From contig OZ241986.1 in NCBI GenBank assembly GCA_965204375.1, positions 4,000,001-4,064,000 on the forward strand: a DNA stretch of 64,000 nt, in the 5' to 3' direction. Each line of letters starts with the position of its first letter. Position 1 is the first letter of the stretch. Of this stretch, positions 38,859 through 48,921 are shown in pieces. The notes under the pieces were generated by a model. It was given only the letters and a program-made list of their open reading frames with translations. It did not search any database and was not told the origin of the DNA. The translations under genes were made by a program, and so were the position numbers. Source of the DNA: Candidatus Latescibacterota bacterium (GTDB taxonomy: Bacteria; Latescibacterota; UBA2968).

Positions 38859-39536
38859 CTACCAGTTACTGAGTATCCGATCTACAAATGACGGATAAAA
38901 ATACATAACGGCGATAACGCCCCCGAAGAGAATATAAGCCCCGATTACGATGAACATGATCGTCTTTTTGCGCTTACTCATCTTGGCACGAGACGAAGTT
39001 CTCAGATCGCTCGGTTGTTTGAGAAAAGGTTCTGATTCATCCTCACCATCAGAGGCCTCTTCCGACGGTGCTTCCTCGTCTTCTACTTCTTCAGTAATCT
39101 CCTCCGACACTTTTTCCTCGGCCTCGATCTCCTCGGCGTCTGCTGGTGTATCCGCTTCGATATCTTCCTCTAATTTGTCTATATTGAACACATGCTCTAT
39201 TTTTTCGATAAGCGTTTTGTCTTCAAATGGTTTTTCAACAATGCTGTAAACACCCTGTTCCAGGAGCGCTGTGGCTTCTGCTTCCTCGACGGGAAACGAT
39301 ACCACAATTATCGGCATCTCAAAGCCTTCTTCGCGAATAAATTCGATCAACACATCGCCGTGAACAATCGGCATCTCGAGATTGAGCAACACCAGATCGG
39401 GTTGTCCGTGCGCGATCGCATCAACCGCTTCTGTCCACGTTGTCGCGCTCTGTGCCTGATAATCATTGGATTCGAGAATCTTGACAATCCGTTTTACAGC
39501 GGCTTCTTCACTGTCAATAGTCAAAATTTTTGTCAT
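38859..39536 (-). CDS. Atypical receiver domain protein with acidic linker and C-terminal TM anchor
   Basis: MTKILTIDSEE...PDLVLLNLEMP...VEKPF, then an E/D-rich linker and a hydrophobic tail. Confidence 0.75.
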   Translation of the reverse strand: MTKILTIDSEEAAVKRIVKILESNDYQAQSATTWTEAVDAIAHGQPDLVLLNLEMPIVHGDVLIEFIREEGFEMPIIVVSFPVEEAEATALLEQGVYSIVEKPFEDKTLIEKIEHVFNIDKLEEDIEADTPADAEEIEAEEKVSEEITEEVEDEEAPSEEASDGEDESEPFLKQPSDLRTSSRAKMSKRKKTIMFIVIGAYILFGGVIAVMYFYPSFVDRILSNW

Positions 39537-39644
39537 CCTATCCCCCGTGCGTAGTAGGGCAAATATTAACGCTTGAAAGTATAAAGCGAAAGAAGTCCAA
39601 TGACAAGGATTTTCCCTCACTGCAATCACCCGGTGAGTTCTCTC

Positions 39645-39673
39645 TTGATTGGTGAACGTGTGTATAGTATATT
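39645..39673 (+). promoter_or_regulatory. Candidate uvrA promoter (TTGATT-N17-TATATT) with SOS-box-like GAACGTGTGTAT in the spacer
   Basis: Sequence match only; partial similarity to the GAAC-N4-GTTC LexA box. Confidence 0.4.
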
Positions 39674-39714
39674 GCAATATCAATGGAAATTAAAAATTAA
39701 AAATTGGGAGTCTT

Positions 39715-42597
39715 ATGGAAACAAAAAGCATCGTCGTAAAAGGTGCGCGAGTACACAACTTGCAAAATATAGATCTGACATTGCCCCGACACGCGCTAAT
39801 ATGTTTTACCGGCGTATCCGGTTCGGGCAAGTCATCAATGGCTTTTGATACCATCTATGCCGAAGGCCAGCGGCGTTATGTGGAATCCCTATCTGCGTAT
39901 GCGCGTCAATTTTTGGGACAAATGGAAAAACCCGAAGTCGATCAAATTACGGGATTATCGCCAACGATTTCCATCGAACAAAAGACCGCAGGACGCAATC
40001 CCCGCTCAACCGTGGGCACAATAACCGAAATCTACGACTATTTGCGCGTGTTATTTGCGCGAATTGGCACCCCCCATTGCGTACATGACGGCACGCCAAT
40101 TGGGGCGCAAACGCGCGACGGGATCGTAGATCAAATCATGGCACTGGGTGAAGGCACGCGCATTCATATTCTCTCTTCTCTCGTACAGGGGAGAAAAGGA
40201 GAGTATCACGACCTGTTTGAAAATTTGCAAAAAGAGGGATATATCCGCGCGCGTGTGGATGGACAGATCACAACATTGACCCAGACCCCGAAATTGGAAC
40301 GCTACAAAAGACACGATATCGAAGTCGTCATCGATCGGGTTATCGCAAAAAAAACAATGCGAGGGCGCATAGGCGAAGCCGTCGATGCCGGTCTCATAAT
40401 GGGCAAAGGGGCGATCATTGTCAGCGCAGAAGGCGAGGATGATCTGCTGCTGAGCACGCACTTTTCCTGTCCCACCTGTGGACGCAGCGCGCAGGAACCT
40501 GTACCGCAACTGTTCTCATTCAACAGCCCACAGGGCATGTGCCCCGGCTGCCGCGGATTGGGCACGCGCTATGCAATGGATCTGGCAAAAGTCGTCCCCA
40601 ATCCCGAATTATCCGTACAGGAAGGCGCGATTGCGCCGCTGGGCGTACCCAAAAACCGGTGGAAATCTCACTATTACGCAGGCGTGTTGAAGCGCCATGG
40701 CGCAGACTTGCAAACGCCCTGGAAATTCATCTCGCCAGAGGGCAAACGGGCATTATTATACGGCATAGACGGCAAAATGACCTTTGAATGGCGCCGCAGC
40801 AACGGCAGCATAAAACGCCACCGCGATGGATTTGAAGGTATCCTGCCCCCAATGGAGCGGCAATTTGCCGAAGGGCAGAGCACCATAGTACGCAAACGCC
40901 TCGCACCATTCATGCGCGAGGGTATATGTCCCGCCTGCGAAGGCACCCGCTTAAAACCCGAAGCCCTCTCCGTCAAAATCGAAGGACACACGCTACCCGA
41001 TGTCACGGCGATGACAGTCGATCGCGCACATGCCTTTTTTCAGAGCCTCAAATTGACCGAGACCCAGGCGCGAATCGCCGAAGACGCGCTCAAAGAAATT
41101 CGCGGACGACTGAAATTTCTCCTCGATGTGGGTCTCGACTATCTCACACTCAATCGCACGGCACCGACACTATCGGGCGGCGAGGCGCAACGCATTCGCC
41201 TCGCCAGCCAGATTGGGTCTGGATTGGTAGGTGTAACATACGTACTGGACGAACCGTCAATAGGCCTGCACCACCGCGACAATCGGCGTTTGCTCGACGC
41301 CCTGTGCCGCCTGCGGGACGTGGGCAATACTGTAATCGTCGTCGAACACGACGAAGACACCATGCGCCGTGCGGACCGGGTGGTGGATTTTGGACCCGGC
41401 CCCGGGCATCTCGGTGGTCGGGTAGTCGCCCAGGGATCGTGGAAACAGGTAGCGAGAAGAATCCGCTCGGTAACGGGAGCTTATCTCTCGGGAAAAGAAA
41501 AAATTGCCGTACCCCAAAGGCGGCCCGTATCGCATCGCAACTTATGGATTCGGGGCGCATCTCAAAATAATCTCAAAAATATCGACGCAAAAATTCCCGT
41601 CGGCGTATTTACCTGTGTCACGGGCGTATCCGGATCGGGAAAATCATCGCTGGTCGCCGATATCCTCTATCCCGCTCTCGCGCGAGAATTAAACCGCGCA
41701 GAAACGGAAACAGGCGCACACCGCTGCATCGAAGGCATAGACCTCCTGGACAAAGTCATCGAAATCAACCAGCAACCCATCGGGCGCACACCGCGCAGCA
41801 ACGCGGCGACATACACGGGTGTATTTGATCCCATTCGAAAATTATTTGCCGAACTGCCCGAATCAAAGGTACGGGGCTATAAACCCGGACGCTTCAGCTT
41901 TAACGTAAAGGGCGGGCGATGCGAGGCGTGTAAGGGCAATGGCGCAAACCTCGTCGAAATGGACTTCCTCGCCGATGTGTGGGTAACGTGTCCCGTATGT
42001 GAGGGACGGCGTTTTAATCGCGAAACCCTGGACGTGAAGTACAAGGGCAAATCCATTGCCGACGTGCTGGAAATGGAAGTCGAAGAAGCGCATCTGTTTT
42101 TTCAGGCAATCCCCAGCATTCACCGCATTCTCCAAACCCTGGTCGATGTGGGAATGGGATACGTCAAATTGGGCCAGCCCGCGCCAACGCTCTCCGGCGG
42201 CGAAGCACAACGGGTCAAGCTATCAAAAGAACTGTGTCGCAGAAGCACGGGCAAAACCCTGTACATCCTGGACGAACCCACGACGGGCCTGCATTTTGCC
42301 GATATCCAGAATCTCTTGAATGTATTGCATCGGCTCGTAGATATGGGCAATTCCGTGGTGGTTATCGAGCACAACCTGGACGTAATCAAAACCGCGGATT
42401 GGGTCATTGACCTGGGACCTGAAGGCGGCGAAGACGGGGGACTAATTATAGCAGAAGGCACACCCGAACACCTGGCGCAATCTCCCAACTCCCATACAGG
42501 ACACGCGCTTTGCGAAGCGTTGACCCGCACACCACCTGTACCTGCGAAAAACGGTAAGCGAATCGCCAATGGCTACGTGCGGACATTGACGTTGTAG
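39715..42597 (+). CDS. uvrA: Excinuclease ABC subunit A, first half of a double-length UvrA
   Basis: GARVHNL, GVSGSGKSS twice, LSGGEAQR twice, Zn fingers. Confidence 0.93.
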   Translation: METKSIVVKGARVHNLQNIDLTLPRHALICFTGVSGSGKSSMAFDTIYAEGQRRYVESLSAYARQFLGQMEKPEVDQITGLSPTISIEQKTAGRNPRSTVGTITEIYDYLRVLFARIGTPHCVHDGTPIGAQTRDGIVDQIMALGEGTRIHILSSLVQGRKGEYHDLFENLQKEGYIRARVDGQITTLTQTPKLERYKRHDIEVVIDRVIAKKTMRGRIGEAVDAGLIMGKGAIIVSAEGEDDLLLSTHFSCPTCGRSAQEPVPQLFSFNSPQGMCPGCRGLGTRYAMDLAKVVPNPELSVQEGAIAPLGVPKNRWKSHYYAGVLKRHGADLQTPWKFISPEGKRALLYGIDGKMTFEWRRSNGSIKRHRDGFEGILPPMERQFAEGQSTIVRKRLAPFMREGICPACEGTRLKPEALSVKIEGHTLPDVTAMTVDRAHAFFQSLKLTETQARIAEDALKEIRGRLKFLLDVGLDYLTLNRTAPTLSGGEAQRIRLASQIGSGLVGVTYVLDEPSIGLHHRDNRRLLDALCRLRDVGNTVIVVEHDEDTMRRADRVVDFGPGPGHLGGRVVAQGSWKQVARRIRSVTGAYLSGKEKIAVPQRRPVSHRNLWIRGASQNNLKNIDAKIPVGVFTCVTGVSGSGKSSLVADILYPALARELNRAETETGAHRCIEGIDLLDKVIEINQQPIGRTPRSNAATYTGVFDPIRKLFAELPESKVRGYKPGRFSFNVKGGRCEACKGNGANLVEMDFLADVWVTCPVCEGRRFNRETLDVKYKGKSIADVLEMEVEEAHLFFQAIPSIHRILQTLVDVGMGYVKLGQPAPTLSGGEAQRVKLSKELCRRSTGKTLYILDEPTTGLHFADIQNLLNVLHRLVDMGNSVVVIEHNLDVIKTADWVIDLGPEGGEDGGLIIAEGTPEHLAQSPNSHTGHALCEALTRTPPVPAKNGKRIANGYVRTLTL

Positions 42598-45365
42598 GCG
42601 CGCGGGAGAACAATTTGCAAAACGTGGATGTATCCATCCCCCGCGAAAAAATGACCGTGATCTCCGGCGTATCCGGTTCGGGAAAATCTTCCCTGGCACT
42701 CGACACGATTTACGCCGAGGGACAGCGGCGATATGTCGAATCCCTATCCGCTTATGCGCGACAATTTTTGGGACAGATGCCCAAACCAAAGGTCGATCGC
42801 GTGATAGGCTTATCGCCCGCGATTGCCATTGAACAAAAAGCCGCGAGCAAAAACCCGCGCTCAACCGTAGGCACGGTAACAGAGGTTTACGATTATCTGC
42901 GGGCACTCTACGCATTATTGGGCGATACCTATTGTCCAGATTGCGATGTATTAGCGGGCAGCCAGTCCGTACAGGAAATTGTAACACGCGTGCTGAAAAT
43001 GAAACGACGCCTCTACCTTCTCGCACCCGTAGAACTCGGCAAAGGCGAAGATTATACCAGTTTGATCAACCGCTTTCGCCGCAAAGGTTATTTGCGCGGC
43101 AGACTCAACGGCGCAGTTTTTAACCTGTCAAACCCGCCCGAGATCGACTACAGACAAACTCACAGGCTCGAAATCCTGATAGATCGCGTAATCGCAGAAA
43201 AAAAGAACCGCAAACGCATCGCGGATTCCATCGAAATCGCGCTGGACATTTCAGGAGGCATTTTGATCGTCGCATCGCCCGACGACAGCGAAGAGACGCG
43301 ATTTAGCCAGCACCTCTCGTGTCCATCCTGCGGACGCAGTTTCGAGACAATAACCCCCCAGCATCTATCATTCAACAGCTCTGAAGGCTGGTGTTTGTCG
43401 TGCGAAGGGCTGGGAACGCAGCGCGGCATGGGCATTCACACACTGATCCCCGATATTCACAAATCACTGTCCGAAGGCGCAGTACTCGCCTGGGGAAAGG
43501 TAGAATCACACACACAAATAGGCGACATGCTATCCGCCGTCGGCGAAGCTGCGGGCTTTGACCTGCACACCCCTTTCGCGCAGATATCAACGGAAGGACG
43601 ACACGCAATCTTATACGGTCTGGGCACACAGTGGCTAAAAACCTCTAAAAATCTCTCATTCCAATTCAAGGGCTTATTTCCCACAATCGAGACCCTCGTG
43701 CGACAAGCGCCGCGGTTTCGTCGGCTAATGGGTGAATTCATCCAGGATGTGCCGTGTCCGTCCTGCAAGGGAACCCGCCTGAAGCCAGAAAGTACTGCCA
43801 TAAAATTATTCGGCAAAACAATGCCCCAACTGGTGGCAATGCCCATCCGCGAAGTACGCACCTATTTCGACACAATGATTTTGGAAGGGCAGGCGCGCGA
43901 AGCCGCCGCAGAGGTATTGCACGAAATCCAGAGCCGCCTGCGATTTCTCGACGAAGTAGGCCTGGGCTATTTGAACCTGGGACGGCGAGCACCCACGCTA
44001 TCGGGCGGCGAGGCACAGCGCATCCGCCTGGCGAGCCAGATCGGCTCCGGTCTCACCGGGGTCCTCTACGTACTCGACGAACCGACAATTGGCCTGCACC
44101 AGCGCGACAATCACCAGTTATTGGCTGCACTGGCACAACTGCGCGACCTGGGCAACTCGCTCCTCGTTGTCGAACACGACCGCGAGACCCTGAACCGGGC
44201 AGATCACATTCTGGACTTTGGGCCCGGCGCAGGCGTTGAAGGCGGACGTATCGTAGCCGCTGGCAATCCGCGCAAATTAAAAACCAACAACGGCTCAATA
44301 ACCGCGCATTATCTCGCGGGCGATCTGCAAATCGAGATCCCCGATGAGCGGCGAAACCCCGGGCGGGGATCGCTTTGCGTGGTAGGCGCACGGCATAACA
44401 ACTTAAAAAACGTCGATGTATCATTTCCGCTGGGCACCTTGACCTGCGTGACCGGCGTATCGGGATCGGGCAAAAGTTCGCTCGTCAACGACGTACTCTT
44501 CGGCGCACTTGCCGCCCGCGTGAACCGCGCCCAAAAAGCCTGGGGAGAACACGACGAGGTCCTGGGATTGGAACGCATCGACAAAGTGATCAACATCGAC
44601 CAGACACCCATTGGATATTCGCCGCGCAGCAATCCCGCGACTTATGTCAAAGTATTCGACAAAATACGCACCCTGTATGCCAGCTTGCCAGACGCCCAGG
44701 TGCGCGGATTTAAAACCGGGCATTTCAGCTTTAATCACAAGCGCGGGCGGTGCGATGCCTGTGCGGGTTTGGGCGCGCGCCGTATTGAAATGCACTTCCT
44801 GCCCGATGTGTGGGTCACCTGTGAAACCTGTGGCGGAAAGCGCTACAACCGCGATGTCATTGACATAACCTATAAAGGTGCGTCCATTGCCGACGTTCTG
44901 GAAATGACAGTAGCCGAGGCCCTATCGCATTTTACCCATATACCCGGCATCCAGCGCTCACTCCAAACGCTATTTGACGTGGGCCTGGGCTATATCAAAA
45001 TGGGACAGGCATCGACCACGCTCTCCGGCGGCGAAGCCCAGCGCGTAAAATTGGCGCGCGAATTGGCGCGACCGAGCACCGGAAAGACCGTGTATATCCT
45101 CGACGAACCGACGACCGGCCTGCACTTTGCCGACATCCAGAAACTCCTCGACGTACTCAACCGCCTCGTCAACGCGGGCAATACCGCAATCGTAATCGAA
45201 CACAACCTGGACGTAATAAAAACCGCCGACTGGGTCATCGACCTGGGACCAGAAGGCGGAGAAGACGGCGGCGATTTAATTGCTTGCGGAACGCCTGAAG
45301 AAGTGGTATCTGTCACAGCCTCGCACACCGGACGATTTTTGAAAGATGCGTTGGCAGGCTATTGA
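42582..45365 (+). CDS. uvrA: Excinuclease ABC subunit A, second half (out of frame with the first half)
   Basis: Frame reads DIDVVGARENNLQN from 42582 with no ATG/GTG upstream in frame; full UvrA motif set follows. Confidence 0.88.
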   Translation, partial: DIDVVGARENNLQNVDVSIPREKMTVISGVSGSGKSSLALDTIYAEGQRRYVESLSAYARQFLGQMPKPKVDRVIGLSPAIAIEQKAASKNPRSTVGTVTEVYDYLRALYALLGDTYCPDCDVLAGSQSVQEIVTRVLKMKRRLYLLAPVELGKGEDYTSLINRFRRKGYLRGRLNGAVFNLSNPPEIDYRQTHRLEILIDRVIAEKKNRKRIADSIEIALDISGGILIVASPDDSEETRFSQHLSCPSCGRSFETITPQHLSFNSSEGWCLSCEGLGTQRGMGIHTLIPDIHKSLSEGAVLAWGKVESHTQIGDMLSAVGEAAGFDLHTPFAQISTEGRHAILYGLGTQWLKTSKNLSFQFKGLFPTIETLVRQAPRFRRLMGEFIQDVPCPSCKGTRLKPESTAIKLFGKTMPQLVAMPIREVRTYFDTMILEGQAREAAAEVLHEIQSRLRFLDEVGLGYLNLGRRAPTLSGGEAQRIRLASQIGSGLTGVLYVLDEPTIGLHQRDNHQLLAALAQLRDLGNSLLVVEHDRETLNRADHILDFGPGAGVEGGRIVAAGNPRKLKTNNGSITAHYLAGDLQIEIPDERRNPGRGSLCVVGARHNNLKNVDVSFPLGTLTCVTGVSGSGKSSLVNDVLFGALAARVNRAQKAWGEHDEVLGLERIDKVINIDQTPIGYSPRSNPATYVKVFDKIRTLYASLPDAQVRGFKTGHFSFNHKRGRCDACAGLGARRIEMHFLPDVWVTCETCGGKRYNRDVIDITYKGASIADVLEMTVAEALSHFTHIPGIQRSLQTLFDVGLGYIKMGQASTTLSGGEAQRVKLARELARPSTGKTVYILDEPTTGLHFADIQKLLDVLNRLVNAGNTAIVIEHNLDVIKTADWVIDLGPEGGEDGGDLIACGTPEEVVSVTASHTGRFLKDALAGY

Positions 45366-45440
45366 ACAGGGTAATGCAGCAAAAAAAGGGGATTATGTAG
45401 CACAGTAGCATGCATAACCCCTCCTTTCTGAGGAAATTGC

Positions 45441-45648
45441 TACACCAATGGCATCGAATCATTCTGGTCGATGATCAAGCGGGGGATTATGGGCGTGTAT
45501 CACAAGGTCAGCCCAAAGCATCTGTGGAGATATGTTGCTGAATTTGTGGCAAAGCAGAATGTGCGGGCCAAAGATACCATTGAGCAGATGAAATGGATCG
45601 TGCAGAGGTTGAAGGGCAGAGGTTGCGATATTGCGACCTGACGGCTTG
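45441..45648 (+). pseudogene. IS1595-family transposase C-terminal fragment
   Basis: Manual translation YTNGIESFWSMIKRGIMGVYHKVSPKHLWRYVAEF; N-terminal part missing, frameshift near the end. Confidence 0.85.
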
Positions 45649-45724
45649 ACTTTTATGGGCGATGCGGTACATGCCTTGATGATAATGGTTGGCCTTGTTG
45701 TGCTCGACAAAGTGCCATTTAATT

Positions 45725-46255
45725 TTAAATGGCGGTGATTTCAGTGATGAGTTGTCCGATATGGAGTTCAAAGCCAGCGAGGGGTATCAAGTCGTCAGGT
45801 TTTTTCGTCAGTTTAAAGGTCGCGGAGGAGCCTTTATCCATAGTGACCAAATGTCCTGCATGCCCTTCGACGACATCTCCTTTTCGCCAAGCGTGAAAGA
45901 GGATAATATCAGGGGCGATGCCTAGGCACAGCAATGCTTGATATGGTCTATGGTGTCGGATGTGATTAAACTGGAAGTTTCCACTCACGTCCTCAGTGGC
46001 TGTTTTTATCTCGAAAGTGACGCCTTGGATTTTTGCATCCCAAGGGCCTGTCCGTGTATCTGCTCCGACCCAGTGCAAGTTTAATACTCGGCACCATTTT
46101 TTCACAAAGTCTTGTCCTATCCCACCGATGTGGGTATTGGAAAGGGATTTAATACTGCCGAGCGGGGCATTGATCCACTTCGGGTCATTAGAATAGTCTG
46201 CAATGATTTCTTGCATCAATTCTATTGGATTAGTCATCACAAAATCCTCCATCAA
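45725..46255 (-). CDS. Putative restriction endonuclease (PD-(D/E)XK)
   Basis: PWDAKIQGVTFEIKTA, FQFNHIR; overlaps the MTase gene end. Start may be 46237. Confidence 0.7.
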   Translation of the reverse strand: MMEDFVMTNPIELMQEIIADYSNDPKWINAPLGSIKSLSNTHIGGIGQDFVKKWCRVLNLHWVGADTRTGPWDAKIQGVTFEIKTATEDVSGNFQFNHIRHHRPYQALLCLGIAPDIILFHAWRKGDVVEGHAGHLVTMDKGSSATFKLTKKPDDLIPLAGFELHIGQLITEITAI

Positions 46256-47249
46256 TTACAGCCTGTCGGATGTGGTACATAGAGATATGCCGGCAGTTAT
46301 GGACAGCGAGGTTGGAGTATTTACGCCAGTCGGTACTTTGGAGCAGCCGGGTAATACGTTTTGGTTCTTTTTTCAGGATGATGCCATACCCACAAGCATA
46401 TTTTACTTGGTCGAAGTCTTGGACAAGGTTTGGTGGGTCGCCATAGTATGTACGTTGCAAGAAGTAGTCGGCTTCATCTAGGCGTGTTTGTCCACAAAGT
46501 CGCTCTTGCCGTGTATCCACCGTGAATAAGTCGATCCAGTCATTGCATGTTTTCTCTGGCGGGATATTGTTGACACCTCGGCGCCATACTTGCCAGAGGG
46601 CATTGAGTTTGACAGGATTTCCGTGATGGTCTACAAAAGCATCGGCAGGCAAAGGTTCAGATAATACAAGTTGTGCCCCTATAACACGGTGTTTAGGACT
46701 TCCCTTGCCATCACTTTGAAATGCCATGGGCAATACAAACCCAATATAGTCTGAGAACTGTGCTGAATGGTTAAGAAAAGCAAGCGCGAGCCATGCACGA
46801 TATCCAAAAGGAGGATTTCCTAAAACAGCATATCGTTGTCCGTCTTTTGGAGGATCCCATGTCAGGTAGTCTTGAGCAATAAACCCAAACCGTGAAGGCA
46901 AAATGTCTATACCAGTTCGTCGCGTCGAAGGCATAAGGTCATAAAATGCACCCATACCTGCCCCAGGGTCTATGAAATGGTAAGATTCAACATCTGCAAA
47001 GTCATCAACCATAAAGGCATATAAGCTATCCCTACATTCGCGCGCAATATCTTTCCGTGTATAGAAACAATCAAGCCCAACACTGCCCGAATCAACCCAG
47101 GACGGAATGAGTGAGCACCCTTCCCAAGCTTGGTTACGTTTATCTTGCGCTTGCTGCATCTTTAGTTCGTCGAAAGGTATATGGAACGAGGGTAAAGTAG
47201 GAAGGGTGGGAAGATCAGAACCCCCATATGAACTGCTCGCTTGTCTCAT
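46230..47249 (-). CDS. N6-adenine DNA methyltransferase
   Basis: Motif I FIDPGAGMGAF, motif IV GNPPFG; AAGGAGG RBS before ATG 47249. Confidence 0.85.
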   Translation of the reverse strand: MRQASSSYGGSDLPTLPTLPSFHIPFDELKMQQAQDKRNQAWEGCSLIPSWVDSGSVGLDCFYTRKDIARECRDSLYAFMVDDFADVESYHFIDPGAGMGAFYDLMPSTRRTGIDILPSRFGFIAQDYLTWDPPKDGQRYAVLGNPPFGYRAWLALAFLNHSAQFSDYIGFVLPMAFQSDGKGSPKHRVIGAQLVLSEPLPADAFVDHHGNPVKLNALWQVWRRGVNNIPPEKTCNDWIDLFTVDTRQERLCGQTRLDEADYFLQRTYYGDPPNLVQDFDQVKYACGYGIILKKEPKRITRLLQSTDWRKYSNLAVHNCRHISMYHIRQAVIDGGFCDD

Positions 47250-47474
47250 AATTGTCCTCCTTAATAAAATAGGGCACAATATTATACTACTGTGCCTCGG
47301 CAATGTCAATGGTTGCAAATCTGTGATTATGCTACTCAACTACATAATCCCCAAAAAAGTCCCTACTGCATGTAGAACACCAGCCAGCCATTGAAGAAAA
47401 TCCATAGACCTCCTTTTATGGAACAAAAAATAATATATATTATTTTTGTGAAACATAAATAATAGGAGGTATTT

Positions 47475-48068
47475 ATGTCTAATATGCAGATTCCCCATTT
47501 CAAAGAGCGGAAGGCTACCCAAGTTGCCGCCTTACTGATAAAGCACAATGGCGGTCAAAGCATTGACAAGTACAAACTCCTCAAGCTGATCTACCTTGTC
47601 GATAGAAAGGCATTGGAGCTTTGGGGACACTCTGTAACTTATGATACACCAGCGAATTTTCCGTACGATCCCACTGGTCCCAATCCCAGCCATACGTATG
47701 ACCTTATTGATCCACCAAAGAGAAATCTAAAGGAGACCTCTTCTACCTCCAGCTATTGGTCTCAATTTTTCTCAAACTACGGAGGCACCGTTAGTCTACT
47801 TGGTTTATGTCCGGGTGTAGGGGATCTCTCCCCTGCTGAGATCGGTTTGATCCATGAAATCTTTGAGGAATTTGGACATAAAACTTTTGGAGAATTGAAA
47901 GAATACCTTCAGGCCTTACCCGAGTATAAAGATACAGAAGGATCGCCTGGACCAATAAAATGGGAAACACTCCTTCAGGCCGTAGGCTGGACAGGTGAAG
48001 ACTTAGAAGAAGTAAAAAAAGATCTCACATTTAAAGCGAAATTTGAAACCTTTGTCGGGGCGAGATAA
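47475..48068 (+). CDS. Panacea (DUF4065/SocA-like) domain antitoxin
   Basis: KATQVAALL...KLLKLIYLVDRKAL...GHSVTYD...GP.PS..YDLI...LSPAEI. Confidence 0.8.
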   Translation: MSNMQIPHFKERKATQVAALLIKHNGGQSIDKYKLLKLIYLVDRKALELWGHSVTYDTPANFPYDPTGPNPSHTYDLIDPPKRNLKETSSTSSYWSQFFSNYGGTVSLLGLCPGVGDLSPAEIGLIHEIFEEFGHKTFGELKEYLQALPEYKDTEGSPGPIKWETLLQAVGWTGEDLEEVKKDLTFKAKFETFVGAR

Positions 48069-48070
48069 GC

Positions 48071-48466
48071 ATGGGATTAGCGGGCACATGCGCTATTTGC
48101 CCTGATTGGGGAGGCGAGCATTTATGTATATTTCTGACAGACTTTGTAAATGACAAAAGAAGAAAACCAAAAACCATTATTGTGAATGTCACATCATGGA
48201 CTGCAAGAAAAGAATAAACGCTCATACTCTACCCTGGCGAGCATCCTTTTATCATAAAAAAATCAGTCATTGCCTATGATAATGCCCTCTTACTTGCAGA
48301 ATGGCAGGTCGAACATCTCTTATCTAACGGAAAGAAACAGCCACCAGTCTCTGAAGAACTATTGCGGAAAATTGGTGAAGGGCTTCTCAGGTCACCCTTT
48401 ACATTGACAGATGTAAGAGATTTCTACGAACAATATTCTCAGAATATAGACAAGCCTGAAAAATAG
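48071..48466 (+). pseudogene. Putative toxin partner (PemK/MazF-like) with internal stop codon
   Basis: Manual translation MGLAG...EHLCIFLTD...IIVNVTSWTARKE*TLILYPGEHPFIIKKSVIAY...EK*; TAA at 48215-48217. Confidence 0.6.
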
Positions 48467-48484
48467 TCTCTAATACGAAACTAT

Positions 48485-48919
48485 TCAAGGTTTTCCGATC
48501 AACCTCATCCATTTATCTTTTACTGCTGCGAGTATTCTTCGCAGTATCCGCTTCCACCACACCCTCTCTTTCAGCTTTCTCTTTATATCTCGTTCTTTTT
48601 CTTTCCTGTCTCTTATTCTTCCAGCCATTACTTCTTCAGGCGACCAAGCTCTGCACCACTGGGTCCTACTTTCTCGAATTATGTAATGGCTTCCACAGGG
48701 CAATCGCCAATTCCCGACTGATGGCCGTATGCTTACTGTTTCTCCGTCGTACTCAATTCTCCAATCACTACGCCCTAACGGCAGACTTACTTCAGCTTTG
48801 CATCCACATGCACATAAATGCTCTGTTAGCCGGTGTTTTATCGAGATGTATACCTTCCCTCTCTCCATCACTTCCGGCATGTCCTCCACCCATTCTGTTT
48901 CCCATCTCACTGTTCTCAC
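48485..48919 (-). CDS. DUF6527-like Cys/His protein
   Basis: HLCACGC...PL...W...PSVGNW..PCGSHY.I. Confidence 0.8.
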   Translation of the reverse strand: MRTVRWETEWVEDMPEVMERGKVYISIKHRLTEHLCACGCKAEVSLPLGRSDWRIEYDGETVSIRPSVGNWRLPCGSHYIIRESRTQWCRAWSPEEVMAGRIRDRKEKERDIKRKLKERVWWKRILRRILAAVKDKWMRLIGKP

Positions 48920-48921
48920 TT

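Larger units (their letters stand above)
45388..47352 (+). mobile_element. IS1595-family derived non-autonomous element carrying passenger R-M genes
   Basis: 24-bp IRs GGGGATTATGTAG(CAC/TTG)AGTAGCAT (21/24 match) at 45388-45411 and 47329-47352; A-rich near-duplicate flanks; internal transposase remnant. Confidence 0.8.

Noticed and set aside
39537-39683. N-terminal extension of ORF 38859-39683
   Set aside because: It overlaps the uvrA promoter region; the receiver fold starts at Met 39536.
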